A stretch of DNA of 62,036 nucleotides, filler included, from Choristocarpus tenellus KU-1152 (taxonomy: Eukaryota > Protista > Phaeophyceae): assembly GCA_964200185.2 (NCBI GenBank). It is 10 parts of 10 records of this genome, joined end to end, with 100 filler letters (N's around TTAATTAATTAA, not from the genome) between each part and the next. Parts side by side here need not be neighbours in the genome. Positions count along the whole stretch, not along the records: positions 34,029 to 41,463 come from CAXNAD020006167.1; positions 41,564 to 59,372 come from CAXNAD020000627.1; 8 more parts are not named here. The stretch is one strand, 5' to 3'. Both the position numbers and the translations under genes were made by a program. Of this stretch, positions 39,746 to 53,708 are shown in pieces (the first letter of the stretch is position 1; each line of letters starts with the position of its first letter). The notes beneath the pieces were generated by a model. That model did not search any database. It was not told where the DNA came from and worked only from the letters and a program-made list of their open reading frames with translations.

Positions 39746-41463
39746 ATGTCGGAACTTGTGCCAGGAGAGAAGACGAGGAGGTTGGAAGGCGTACTATATA
39801 TGTTTGATAATATATTTATCGATTTGCGCTGACACGGTGCTCTGCAGCTTACGCACGACCTTACCCTATTGCACAGGAAACTGGAACGTATCTTCTGGGG
39901 TCGACGTGTCGCTGATGGAGACAGACACAACCGAGGACGAAGATGTAGTGGACCTTAATGCATTACTTCTTCCCGGTGGAATCCTTCCGGTCGATGTGGA
40001 TCGCTTCAGTTTGAGCTACTCGAAGGCGCTGTTTGGGGGTTGGGTAAAACAGGACTCGCCTTGCTGTGCCGCTGCATCTGTGGCAGGAGCTTGGAATGGT
40101 CTTATGGGGAGGCATCGACTCGACCGAGGATCGTTTTCCAGCGAAAATGTCCTGAGTGCGATGCGAATTGTCTTGGAGGAGCACATTGCAGCCAAAAGGA
40201 GCAGGTGCTGTAGGTGTCCCTGATATTGGCTAGTTTCGATCGAGCACGGCTTGTCCTTGGCTGGAACAACTGAACAGGGAAAATGGAATCAGACAATATT
40301 GATAAGTCTCTTTTGCTTTAGGAATGATGCTTAAGATTCCTCAATGACCAAGACAGGAAAGAGTACGATTTGGGTAGCGGCCACCAATAATCCACTCGGA
40401 CCTCCAAACCAGTACCACTAGGCAGTATACTTGAGGCCGAGATGTCCAGAAATGTGTTCCAAGTATCTTTCTGGGACCCCTTCCAACGAACACTCTGACA
40501 ACGATGCTGTCTATGAAAGAACTTTAATATAACACTGAACACCCATTTTTCCGCATTGGATGTCTCCCCTCCCCTCCCTCCCACGTTCCATCTTTGTGTA
40601 TATATATATATATATTATTTTATTTTTTGGCACAGATCTGTAAAATCAAAGGATGCATAAACCACTACCACCTCCATCCCAATCTCGATTTCTAAAACAA
40701 CCTGGATCAGCTGAGGTGTGCTGCAAGATTGTGTTCCTACAACAGTAGTGTCCCATACCTAAGATTCCGTTTCAGAACATTTGCAGTATATTTTAGCATT
40801 CCATCGTAAAAAAGAAAAAGAAAAACCAAGCATCAATTAAACCTACTCAACCTCCGTTTGATAATGCACTTTTTTGGTGCGGTGATCTACAGAATTGAAC
40901 AAAGGCTTGGTGCAAGCACGGCTCCACTCGTATCGGCCCTAGTAACGGCCCTGGCCCGTGAGGGGAAGTACCTCGGGGGCAGGAAGGAGAAAGCTGCAAC
41001 TTCCGGGAAAATGCTGCGGCTCATCCATTCCATTACAGAGTATGAATTGGGCCAAGAGAAAGGGCGTGCGGAAATTTACGATCGACTCGGGGAGCTGTAC
41101 GATGGCGAGGGACTAATAAGGAGAGGTTCGAAGTCTTCCTTGAGAGCACCGAGGGTGGGGTCAGCAGTGGGGGGAGGTATCGGAAGAAGGGGAAAAGGGG
41201 AGGAGGAGGAGGAGGAAGTGCTGCTGCAGGACATGGAGGAAGAGTTGGTAGAGGTCGGGAAGGTCGCGAACAGAAAACTCGCTGGTAGAGTTGGCATGGA
41301 GAGGCTCCATAATGAGGTCGGAGGGGGAAGGGGAGGGGGGAGCGAGGTGCGACTGAGAAAAGACGGATGTCCAAAACGCCTCCTGGGTGTGACCCCCGGA
41401 GGAGAAGGAGAAGAGGAGTCAGGTGTTCAGGTGAGAGGAGGAACACCGAGCGCTTCTGCCCTA
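39746..41463 (+). CDS. Hypothetical protein with BIVM/peptidase-C39-like Q-x4-C motif (3' partial); exons include about 39848-40204 and 40893 to beyond 41463
   Basis: GGWVKQDSPCCAAASVAGAWN; phase-2 GT-AG intron 40205-40892 joins two long ORFs; first exon boundaries uncertain. Confidence 0.7.
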
Positions 41464-41593
41464 NNNNNNNNNNNNNNNNNNNNNNNNNNNNNNNNNNNNN
41501 NNNNNNNTTAATTAATTAANNNNNNNNNNNNNNNNNNNNNNNNNNNNNNNNNNNNNNNNNNNNCCCTCCCCACATCTGGAAGCTATCCCTTGC

Positions 41594-44500
41594 CTTGAGT
41601 ACATTGCCCGTTCCTGCATAGGCACAGGTGTCCAGCACCACCTGTGTATACTTCCCCATTCGGTGCTCAATCGTTTTCACAATCTGTCGGGTTTGGGTTG
41701 AGGTTGGGGTTAGAAAAGGAGGACAAAAAACTATTTTCAATGTCTTAGAGAGAAATTTAATAACAATTGACACCAGCTAACACCTACCACAGTATGCTGT
41801 AACTTGTCAGGGTATAATTGTGACTTTGGACCTGGGACACCTTCAAAATGCATTCAGAACACCAAGATCTATGCGCCTTGCCCTCTCCGTCCATAATATA
41901 TACTATTGTAGGGTAAACTGCAAACCCTAATCCTACTGCTACAACAGTTCCAGACCTCTTGGGGGAGAGTATAATGTACTACACCAACCCCAGATCTCTA
42001 GTTGAGACATATTACCTTGAGGCATTCAGATATATGACAAAACCTTCAAGATCGCCCCACAACATCCCTGGCTCATCCCCTCCACACTCCTCACCCTCAT
42101 TCCTATCATTTCCCCCCTTACCTCCATCATGGCATCAACTTTTTCGTTTTTCCCAAGGAAGAGTAGGCCCAGTCCCAGAGATACCAGACGGGTCATGTGT
42201 TGATCCAGTTCTGTGTCTGTACTCTCCATCAGCCTCTGCACAAGCACTGTGCCCACCCCTTCATTACATGTGCCCACAAAAATCATACCCAGCGATAGAG
42301 CTGCCAAGCCAACCTTAAGGGCAGTTTCAGTCAGGGAAGGGGGAGGTGTATGTGTGTAAGCAGCTTGTATCATATATCAACAATGCACAAACAAAAGCTG
42401 TTTCAACTTCTGTACCCAGAGTGTTGCCACTTTGACACGCTCAGTCCATCCAAGTTTCCTTCAGTCCACCCTCAGTGACACACCAATACACCAACACCCC
42501 TCCAGTTCCCCTCAACATACCTCAACCATGTTGGCATTCTCCGTATTAGCAACAAGTGGGGTCAACAGGTCCTCTACATCCTCCCTCCTTGCACCAGCGT
42601 AGGCAATACCCAGGCCAACACAAGCACCACATCGCATGGCGTGTGAAGGAGAATCCACATGGTCCGAAAGCAACGCCAGAGCAGGGTCACTCTCATTGCG
42701 GACACCACTGGAGGCCACACCAGATTTTGGTTTGCATTTGAGTGGAGGGGGTGTATGTTACTATGGGAATTGGTCTAATTGCAGGCTTCTGTTTTTCTCT
42801 TTTCAGGAAAGTTACTGAGCAATCCAGGAAAATCCAGGCTTCCCCTCAGAAGTCAGAGGTCATCTGAGCAGTGTGACACTAACAGTAAAATTGATTAAAC
42901 ACGTATGATTGTTAATAGTAGTATACTTGCATGTCCTACTCATACTATTGCACCAACAAACTACTTACAGCCCTACGAAGAATGCTGTTTCAGGCATTGC
43001 ACAGGTGTGTAGAGTTGGGGGAGGAGAGGGAATTGGGCACACTGTTGGCAAAAGAAGATATATATCATAGGATGACAAAGGGAGGGGGTCAGGGCAACAC
43101 TTATTAGTAGTATTGTTTTCCATGGGCAGGATTATCGCTAGGGTTGCTATTGCTCTATGGGGTTATACCCGAGAGCCAAAGGGTACAATAAGATGAGGGG
43201 GGTAATAAGGCAAAACATGGAGACAGAGGCACCTCCAGCAGGAGAAGCTATTGTAAGAGACTACTACTATTCTGAGGTTGTAACAAATGTACTCAGTGTG
43301 GCTCACGGACCTGCTGACAATCCCCACAGCAAGCACAGCCCCTGCCTTGATGTAATCCTCACTGGAGTACAGGAACTTATCAATCTGTACAAAAAAAACA
43401 GGAATAATAGGAAATACAGTACATGAGACACGTATCAGTTGAACAACACATACGAAAGGAAAACACACACAAACACAAACACACACACATATACACATGT
43501 GCACATGCAACAAGGATTTCAATGCTACGTGCCAGGTTGGGACAGGCAGTACACAAAGCCAGCTATGAGCCACAATTTTTCATGACTATCACGGCAAGCC
43601 ATAGCTGACAGCATTTCGTGTTTGCTGTTGTTTGCATCATGTGGAATAATGGGAATGCTGCTATGGGTTCTACCAACTTCTTGCAGGGGGGGGGAAGAGA
43701 GGGTGGGGGAGGAGGAAGGCACCTGTTGAATCTCTCCTCAGCATGTGTCAAAGTGAGGGCATTGTGATGCATGTGCCAGATTGGGTGAAGAAAAAGCACT
43801 CACGCTACACAACAAATACTCTTTTCTTCCTTGCCTGTGTGAGTCCCTCCTCCACATTCCACAGGAGGATGGTCCCCAGAGATGCAGCAGCACTCATCAT
43901 CCCGTGGTCCTTGTTCTTGTACAGCCATGCATTCCCCTCAGTTGTCATCAACTGAGGTGAGAGGGGGCATGCCAATGCAACACAAGACATATATTCAAAC
44001 ATCAGGAGAGGGATGGAGAGGGCAGGAAACGGGAATGTTTGTGAGGATTGCAATCCCATCGAAGCAATGGTATGGTGGACACAGCTTCTGCTCAACAAAA
44101 CTTTGGAAACACAAGACTTTTGATCAGCTTAGACCAAGCAGCAAATACACACCCCTTCCCACAAACATATTAGCCGCCAGCACCTGTACCCTTTAGTAGC
44201 AGTGGCCTCGAGTTCAATATTAACCTCACCTGGTCCTGCCCATAGCCGGCATTGACAAATGCATTAACAAAGGTCGATGCCAAGTTAGCCCGTGCTGAGT
44301 CCACCTGCTGTCCCCCCAAATCTCTCCTACGGGAGAAGCCCCCAGACTCTGCCAGATGACTCTTGTAGATGTCCTCAGGTGTCTGGTATTGACAAGGCGA
44401 ATGTTTGAAGAGAGCATCACATGTTGTAGCAGACAAGGTTTTCTACAATCCCATTCGGATAGTCTGTGGCACAAGTTGTAATTGGACTTGGACACTGAGT

Positions 44501-47500
44501 TAGGCTGATGTTATCGATCCTGTAGAAATGTGATTCCCTTCAAGGACAATCAACAACAATCATATCAGAGTCAGCAAGATTGTCTCAGAGTAACTTCAAA
44601 TCATGCCATGAAAACAAAAGACGAATCTCTTCTGTCCCCCCCCTCCTTCCAGCTATATATTTCCACAAGACATCCCAACCCTCCCAGTCTCACTCACTTT
44701 TGCCTCCATAACATCAAGGTCCCGCGCCAATGCGAGGTAATTTTCACTCAGTGACCCATTCCCAATTATTTCATTGATGTCGTCATCATCTGGGTGCTCA
44801 TAGGAAGACTTGTGCCTTGCCATTATGAGCCTTCCATACCAAAACAAGGGAACAGTCAAATCAAAAACACTGATTGAAGAGCACTTCCTAATGAATGTGG
44901 TCTTTCACATGAAAAAAACAACAACGATATTGCAAATATTATGAAGGATGGAATGGTATAACCAAGTGGGAGACTTTAAATCAATCGAACAAGACATAGG
45001 AGATAATCACTGAGGTGGATTGCAGTGAGTTCTGTTCTGAGAGAAAGGGGCCTCCTCCCAAAACAAGGTGCCTACTAATATAGGGAGGAACAGGTAATGT
45101 GAACATGCATATGCAAAAGACAGAACTCCCCCCCCCCCACACCAACCTCTCCAATCGGATCACTGCCTATTTTTACTGGGATATTATATCAACATCACCC
45201 ATTCCACTACAGTAGTCAGATCACATCTATATCACAACTAGGACAGACAAATACATGTTTAGTATTTATATCTGTAAAGAGGTGGTAGCAGTAAGGTAAG
45301 CTCAAGAAAATGACAGCAGAACAAGAGGATAGGTGGGATGGGCATACAACAGCCACAAGGAGAAAGACAAGAACTTTGTGCTCCGTATTGAAGGAATCTA
45401 TGATTACAGTTACATCACCTATATATACATAAATATATATATATATATAAATATATATATAATTGTTCTGATTGAACTGTAATGCAGTGCAGGCGCACAG
45501 GGCAATGCCTGTGTAAGGCATGCAGGTTGACGAGTGGGTAGCACAGCGAGGAAAAATACTTCCCCGATTTGAATGGAGCCTCTCCAGAGGCGTGTTATCC
45601 TATAGTGTTTGAGATGGACCGTTCCATTCCTTCAATTGGCTCACAATACTGCATACAAACACCCGCATTACAAGAATTATCTCTCACTTATAATTAAAAA
45701 GTACACGACCTTGTGACCTTCTCGCTTGTTATCACTAAAGAAAAAAAAAAGTTTCCAGTCGAACAATTTTAATTCGTCTATTCAAATCAATCGGACTTAA
45801 GCCCGTTGGACTGTCGTGATTCACAAAAAGAAATGTAGTAGAATCTCATGGGTGTGGGGGAGGAGGGGCAGCAAGGACTCACCCCATCTGCTGACGAGTT
45901 AATAGGTCTTCGCATTCGTTGAGGAGCTGCCCAAGCCTGTCTGGGTCATCCATCCTCAATGCAACCCGGACTGCATCACAAGGCTTGTCCTGCTTGCGGT
46001 AGAGTTCAAATGCACTCCTAAGCATCTCCTGCAGTTGGGGGGGAAGGGGCATTGTCTTGTGTGACACATAGAGTGGGGTGGTGAAGGTGGTTTTGGTTGA
46101 AGGCCATGACATGGCATTAAAAAAAAAATTAAAGCATGAGGTACTGTAGTGAGCTGGGTGCATTACAATCAATTCTTTTGAGAGAGGTCACCATTTTTAC
46201 AGTGATTTGCCTAGACTCTAATGTTCCTACCGAAATTATTGTCTGAAAGTGTTCAAAGCACAGGTCAGGCTAATACTTATACCACCACTTGCAGAATAAC
46301 TCCTTTACAACAAGTCACCTATATAGATATATATATATATATGGAGCAGGAAAATACCAATATCGATACCGCCTAACCCTAAGTCGCAAACCAAGAAGTG
46401 GAAATAATATAGAAACACCCCACTTCACTCAAGTCACAATAGGGAGGCATATACCAGCTGTACAAGCTGTGAAGTACTATGTATGAAACAAAAAAAAAGG
46501 GGCTGCAATCACATAGCACACACAAAGAGTAGCCACATATATTTAGTATCAGTCATAGACATACAAAGGACAAAATTCTCAACCCACCTGCCGCCACTTT
46601 ATACAAAGCAGAGGGGGCTGGGGTGGGGGTCAGAGAGGCAGACACCATAAAATGACATATTGTGACCAAAGTGTACTGATTCAACTCCTCCCCCTCAATT
46701 CCATCACTCACTGCCAAGTCGTCTGGATCAGACATATAGTCCGCCATCCTCAGCAAGTACAGGCACACACGCTCATAATTCTTCTCATCGACATGTGGGG
46801 ATTCCAGTATCTTGTTCAGGCGCTGCACAGATACGAGTTGCATATCCATGTATAACCATTTAGAAAGGGCAAGGTGAGATCAACAAAAGGCTAAGCTTAT
46901 TGCATGAGGGGTTAGCAAATTGTGGAAATGAGGCAAACGTTATGTTTGCACCACATGATAGCTAGCTTCAGGAATCTTCCTATTGGTAAGGGTGGGAAGG
47001 GGTAAGAAGAGGAGAGCAACCCTTGAGAGTGACTGTATAGATAAACCTCCATTCAAAATCCTAAGTAAACACCACTCACAGTGCACTTTTCCATTGTTTC
47101 AGTTGATGTCCACTGTGCATTACTCCTCCCAAATGCACAACAACAATTCAATAACTGCAAACAACTGTTTCCAATGGGGTGAGTAAAAGTTACAAGACTA
47201 AAAAAAAACTTTTTCGCTGAACAATGCCAGAGTATTGGAAATTTCCTAATAAACTTCCCACTCAGGTGCTTGACCGGAGACAATTTGCCCAATGAGTCAA
47301 AAAGTCTAAACATAGGTGTGATCAGGACAGGAAGGAGCACCAGATACTCTCTGTGCCACTATTCCCTCATCCTAATCTACTCTTTTTTCTCCTTCAAAAC
47401 AGACAGTTGAAGAAACAAGACTCCCCATAAGAGCATCACGTCACATCCTCTTGTGTACTAGCTTGTGAGGTGAAAAAACAAAAACGTACACAACCACACT

Positions 47501-50500
47501 ATTTTGCTACCACTCTCTGGCATCCAATCATAGGACATGCCTCAATGTTGCTTGCGTTTGCTTCATTACTCAACCATTTCATCTAAAAGCCTAGCTGTCA
47601 CTAATTGCGTCTAACAAAAGATCCATCGCTTGTCTGTGCACCCCACATCAGTCCAGTCTAATTTCTGGATCTAATCCTTGTTGCAACTCTCTCCTCTGGG
47701 AGATATTGAGATTGTAGTTTCAATGCATCTCACAGAGACACATTCAGCTATATCTACCATACCTCTTTCCTGTCTGGTTTACTTCATTACTCTGTCACCT
47801 CTCAATACACAGGCTAAGGCGGATTTTTCACCTCATACATAGTATTTCATTACAAGAAATAACCCACCATAGCACAGTACATATTTAGCACAATCTAGGT
47901 TGTGTGAACAAATATCAGTGACACAACACTTCAAAGGTATAAATTATCCAGTCTAAGTACAAACTGTAAATGTGTGACCCCTGCGATGCAAATATAATGG
48001 ACTATAAGCCCCTCCCACCTACATCCAACTCAACACCCCCCTCCCTGTAGAGAGCTACACCATGCTGAGTATGTCAACCCCCAAATTGTATGCATGTTGC
48101 AACCATGGTGGGGTACTGCACGATCAGGTCTGAGTTCTACTCAGACCCAAAATGAATGCATGATCCTGATGAGCATGTCACCCACATGAGCAACTATCAG
48201 AAAAGGTCACAACACACCTAGCAGCCCAGCTGCAAATTCCAACCTCCCTTGTCAGAGTATGCTTGGAAGTACTGTACGCTATGATGAAGACCACAACATA
48301 ACCAACACCTTGGAGTACTTGATTTGTTCAGCTCAACGTTGCATCAGCAAGAATATGGCAATAATGCACACAACCACAGCAAGACCATGCACTTACATTA
48401 AAAAAAAAGCTAACCTCTCTCACACTTCTTTCTCCCCTACCCACCCTGTATCCTTTGTCTACTCAAACGCTTCTCTGCCCCTTGCATCCCAACCTGCGCT
48501 TGCCACAGGATACTTCCCAGTTCCCCACCATCCCCATTCCAGCCTCCACACATATACATGGGCCCCAATATCATCTCAACATTGCATGCTGGGTGAGAGT
48601 GTCCACTGTGACAACAATCACAACACTATAACAAATAATCCTATTGCAACGAGGTCCACCTAGCCCAAACACTCACATCTAACCTCACTACTGTGATTAT
48701 GGGTAGGGGTAAAGGGGAAGGCGGAGGGGGGCACAGTGCAAACAAAAAAAAGGAAATACTTCCACATGCCAACAAGAACACACCTGCACCTCCACCAAAA
48801 GATCAACAGCTTCTGCCTCTGCATTGTGCTGCAGGTGAAACGGCACAATATCATCCACAAGCTCCAACAGATCCGCTACATCCACCCCAGCATCAGTTTC
48901 CATCTCTGCCCCACCCTCTGTCACAATGCGCATCATCCGTGCTGTGTACTCCTGTCCAATCTCCCCTGCTAGGCTACGCAAGAACTCATGGCCCCATGTG
49001 CCAAGGTTGCCCTTCGTTCCTGCCAATTTGAAGCCCAGGCTTGCACGGCTTCCAGGCTCCGCCATCGTCATGGCAAGCACCTTCAAACAGCCGGTCATCA
49101 TAACATTAAAATGTGTTCATTTCATTTGGTGACTATTGAGTTTGAGTATGAGCATTCCAACATGTCCATTACCTGTGTGTGTCCAAGGAGTGTTCACGTG
49201 CAATTGGTTGAATCTAAGTCAGCAATTAGAATGGGCAGGAAGATGAGCCCATGGGAATGAATCACACCATTCATTTTAATTAACCTCATGATGGAAAAAC
49301 TTTGTGATGACAGAGATATGCAAATACAAAATGGTCATTTATGACTTGTTCTAGAGGACTCCAACACATCATCGATCAGAACACTGACTACCCTTCGTCC
49401 CCCCTTTATTCTGTAAGAGACTATGGGTTCAATGATTGTGTATTAAGTTTCTTGGCACAAATGATTGCACTTCTCAATGCTAAAGGGACTTCACGTTGTT
49501 GAGTTCTGGACATGAATAAAAAAAGAGACCTCCTTCCACGGCCTTGAAACCATTTTTTTTCTTCACTGTTGTCCTGCAATATCGACCTGTCTTGTCATTG
49601 TTACCTACAGTAAAAAAAGCAAGATAACTCAAGGAATTAAGCAATGTTTGGGGCAAACAAATACAGGAGTACGGAGCCATAAGCAAAGTCACATATGACA
49701 ATACCCCAAATCCATTACACAAGCATTGAAGTAAGCTGTAAGTACAACTGAAAAAATCATGCCATGGGTGGTACCCTGGGGCTGGCTGGAAGGGGGACAC
49801 ACACCGAAAGGATATCTGCCAAAGTTCGCTTGTTTCCAGACGCGGTGGCCATACCCTCTTCTTCTCCCTCCTTTGTAACTGTGGGGGGAGGCCCGGTGGC
49901 CTCGGGCCATTCATCATACACTGTTGGAGAGTGAAAGAAGGATTTAGTGAGGTGGGGGTAAATAAACCAGGCAACAGATTACAACATAAAACTACATCAC
50001 AACTCCTTGTAAACCACATCGTGGCTCCATCTCAACACACTCAACTACACACCATTCTATTAAACCTTTTCATGCCATGCCAATCCTACTATCTTCAGTC
50101 TGGAAAATGACATCTACCTTTCTTCAGTTGTGCATAGTGAGGTCGTAGGAACTTGAGTGGCTTTGGCACGCTCGTCATGCTGGTGGTTGCAGAACGAATC
50201 TCAGACGACAGGTGTTTCAATGCGTTTTGCACTGTGGATGTGATGATGCGGAAATGTGTTTTGTTGATGGACAGGCAGCAGGTGGGTTGGGAGTGGTTGG
50301 TTATTAAACGATAACTAAATTACAGTACAAGAAAGAAAGGTGTGTTGCATCAAGCAGGAAAACCTTTGTGTTGCCTTCTCTTCAAGCACATCACTGCTGC
50401 TGCCATGAAAATCAAGGCAGAGGATGGAGTTTCAGACATTCTCCTGGGATGAAGAATTCGAATTTCTTCATATACCCCATCCAATCTGCTATAGATCGAT

Positions 50501-50990
50501 GCAATAGCCCCCTATAACAAGAATACTTGCATTGCATATCAGTTCACAAGTTATGAGCTGAGTTGGTGCTCTGCCAAAGAACACAGTCAACCTGCAACAA
50601 GAGTAACCACGTTACACCAAACTACATTGGATGCATCTTAACAGATTATAACCCAAGCACACATCCCCAAGCCTCCAATCTCTCACAAGCCCCACTCCCA
50701 CCAGTCCAGTGTTGCCCACGTAACCTACCAATGCCATGTTCTGGGTCCTCCACTCGTGCGACCGCGAGTTCCAGTCCTTCCTTCAGGGCCTTATCCTCCT
50801 CGCTAAGTTCTTCTTCCTCCACCCCAGGGTTACCATCCTTGCCGACCCCCTTCTTAGGGCCACCCTTTGCACCAGAGTCTTTCTCGGAGGCATTACCCTT
50901 ATCATCCCCAAGTGCTGGATCCTTGCCAGCAGGGTCCTTGGACGGGACCTTGATAGATACTGCCTTTTTGTCATCTCCTGAATCCGGCAT
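41594..50990 (-). CDS. RPN1: 26S proteasome regulatory subunit Rpn1/PSMD2 (3' partial); exons 50990-50729, 50231-50118, 49920-49805, 49080-48784, 46822-46712, 46028-45883, 44830-44698, 44382-44230, 43951-43835, 43384-43311, 42707-42521, 42313-42122, 41683-41594
   Basis: [115 protein letters not shown]; all phases consistent. Confidence 0.97.
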
Positions 50991-51229
50991 ACTTCACAGA
51001 TATCCGCAAAGAGGCCCTGCGGGCCAGGTATTGATACGACCTTCTGCTCTCGAGTAGTGAACTAGTCTGTATTCGGAATGTTCAGTGGCTTAATCAGTAC
51101 GGGGGGGAATGATCGTATCGACCACTCCGACCCAGGCTTTCGTGCAAAGGATTTAGGCAACAGAGTGCAAACCCTGGACCTGTTGTGTACAGGACCCGCA
51201 GTTGCAGCCCATCTCGAAGAATTTTATGG

Positions 51230-53400
51230 TTTCAGCTCTATGCTTAAGCTCGCAACCAGATTATTAAGGATAACTTCTGTACCAAGGTCCTCAGGTATCT
51301 ATCAGGGGTGGACTAGAAAGACTCGGTGAACGACGCCCCAGTTTGCAAGTGCACTTGACCATTCATAAAGTATACGTCACAGTCTACAGGTCCTCTGTAC
51401 GTAGATAGTCCGTAGCAATGTTGCAATCGATGAGTAAAAAAACGGACTACTTACTTAGAGAAGTCTGCACGGGGCGAGTGAGGGTAGTCCAAAAGCTCCA
51501 GGAAGAGTTGTGATCATCCATACTTTCCAAAGGATTGATCACCCCGCCAAGACAAGCGCTACCAGAGACAACAAATTGTATACATCTACGTCAAACAACT
51601 TGTTCGAGTGAAGTATCTAGGTCCGTGTCGCCTACCTTGGCTGAACCTCGCGTTGACAACAACCAGCCCCAACGGTCCCTAAATGGACCCTACTTCGCCA
51701 CGCTGATGTGTTTTTTCTTCTCACCTATATGTCAACGCGACCTAGCTATGCAGGGTAGAGCACAGTTACTAAGATAACTTCTTTCTCTCTGAAGGCTTGC
51801 CAGTTTCCACCTTTTCCTACGTGAAGCCTGAAGAACACAGACCATGTTAAGGAAAACGCCAACATTGTGCAAAACCTTTTCTTTATTTAGCACCTCGTTC
51901 GTATAGTGGAGAAACAAAGTACATCTATCCACCCACACCCACAATTGCTACATCTATTCCTTGTAGCTGGTTGACTTTGATGAATCCTGCGTAACTTACT
52001 TTCCATAATTGGTGGTGATGGTTAAGGTGCCATAGGAACAATTACTTGGCACGTTCCATCATGAAAGGTGTGCTGAACGAACCTTTACCACTGAAAGATG
52101 ACCACGTAGGCGTGTCCTCTACTAGCCATCGAAGGCAGGTTTACCAGAGGCTGCTACTACAGTGGAAGGATGCGGCATCATCGTCGTTGTGGTCAAATCC
52201 GGCGCCCAGGTCATCGCATGCTAGGTTCTTGGTGATGGAGGTGGGAGATGTCGGTTGTAGGTGTCAAGTCCGTGTCGCTTTTTCAATTTATCCCTGAGTG
52301 GCATCTTCTCTGATGGCACCGCAGCATGTGTGACTAGCCCATCTTCTATAATTTAGCTCTGGTGTTGCTTACCCTCCCCACCTTAGAATTTCCTCGAGAT
52401 ACGTACAAAATGTACTAGTTGTGTTACTGGTTACTGCCTGTCATAGGGAGGCTGTGCTTGCGCTTCGTTTCCTGGCGCCGCAACTAAATTGTGGTGTTGT
52501 TTATGCCCTTTTATTCACACTACAAAGAACGGTGTACTTAGAGTGAGAGAGAACTGAGGGTAGATCTTCTGAAGGTAGGGATTGAAAATAGACTTCACTG
52601 AAACCATTCCATGTCAAGATGTACAGGTACGTTCTCGTCATCCATGTTCAAGGTAGATTTATAATTGCCTCGCTCAAATATTGTTTAGACACTCTGTACA
52701 CTCTGAAAAACACAAGTAAAGTAAAACAGCATGCCTTGGTTTCAACCTACTCGAATTGAGGACTGGCTGGCTTCGTTGTGATGGGCCGGGCATAGGGACT
52801 TTTCGATGCATTGTTTTGGACTAAACCTTGCCCAAATCTGAACCTACACATCTGTATTGGTTGGACAGCGTAGGGAACTTCTTCGAACCAAGGATACAGC
52901 ACAACCTTCACATGCTCGCTCTTCATCATGGGGCAACCTTTCGGCATGCCAAAGTGATACCATCTCTCCAAAGGCACAGTCGGCGTGGTTGGCAGTGCTC
53001 CTCCAACGGCACGAGTATCGACTGTCCAGCATCCCATTGGTGAGCTCTTGTGAACTGAACTGGAGTGCAACTGGAGTTTTTGTATGCAATCCAAGTTGTC
53101 GGTAAGGTGGAGCGTTTCTTGAAGGACATGATAGGTTTGTGGTTGACATCACACTCTGCTGTTGCTGCGATGACCAAGTACCTCTGGATATGTGATTAGA
53201 AATTTCATCTCCCAGTACCAAATGGTGGGGGTGATACACTAATGCTTCACTGGCCCTGGGCTTTCTCGACCTCTGAGGGGGGTGGTTCAAGCATTTAGTT
53301 GTCGATTCAATTTCATTATCTGAGAGGAGTTCCGTGCAACCTTCTGATGCACCCTCATCAGGGCTGCAATGCAAACAGTTTTAGGACTCATTCTATTCCA
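51230..53400 (-). CDS. Possible hypothetical multi-exon gene, divergent from the ODC-like gene
   Basis: Protein-like open segments at 53374-53180 and 53070-52750 (RWYHFGMPKGCPMMKSEHVKVVLYPWFEEVPY) with plausible splice sites; I could not build a fully phase-consistent chain. Confidence 0.3.
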
Positions 53401-53708
53401 CCATCAACAGCGTCACCTGTCCATACCTTCCTCAAACCTACGGTCCACCAACAATGACAGGATTTGAAGTGTCTTCGCTGGACCTCCAAACTGCTTCAGT
53501 GAACAATCCACACAGTATTTTTCTCCGTCTTGAAATATCATAAGTAACAAAATGTCTGCAAGTAGCTATAGAACAGAACGGCAGGATGAAATGGTACAAG
53601 TAAGATATCCCACTCGATACAACTTTTTCTCAGACCAACCAAAGTTTCCTTTGATGCAATGCCTCACTTTCTGCTTGCGAAAAGTCGATCCTGGAGAAGA
53701 ATCAAAAC

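Noticed and set aside
51230-53400. Divergent gene as an ODC antizyme
   Set aside because: No antizyme C-terminal motifs or recognisable frameshift site found
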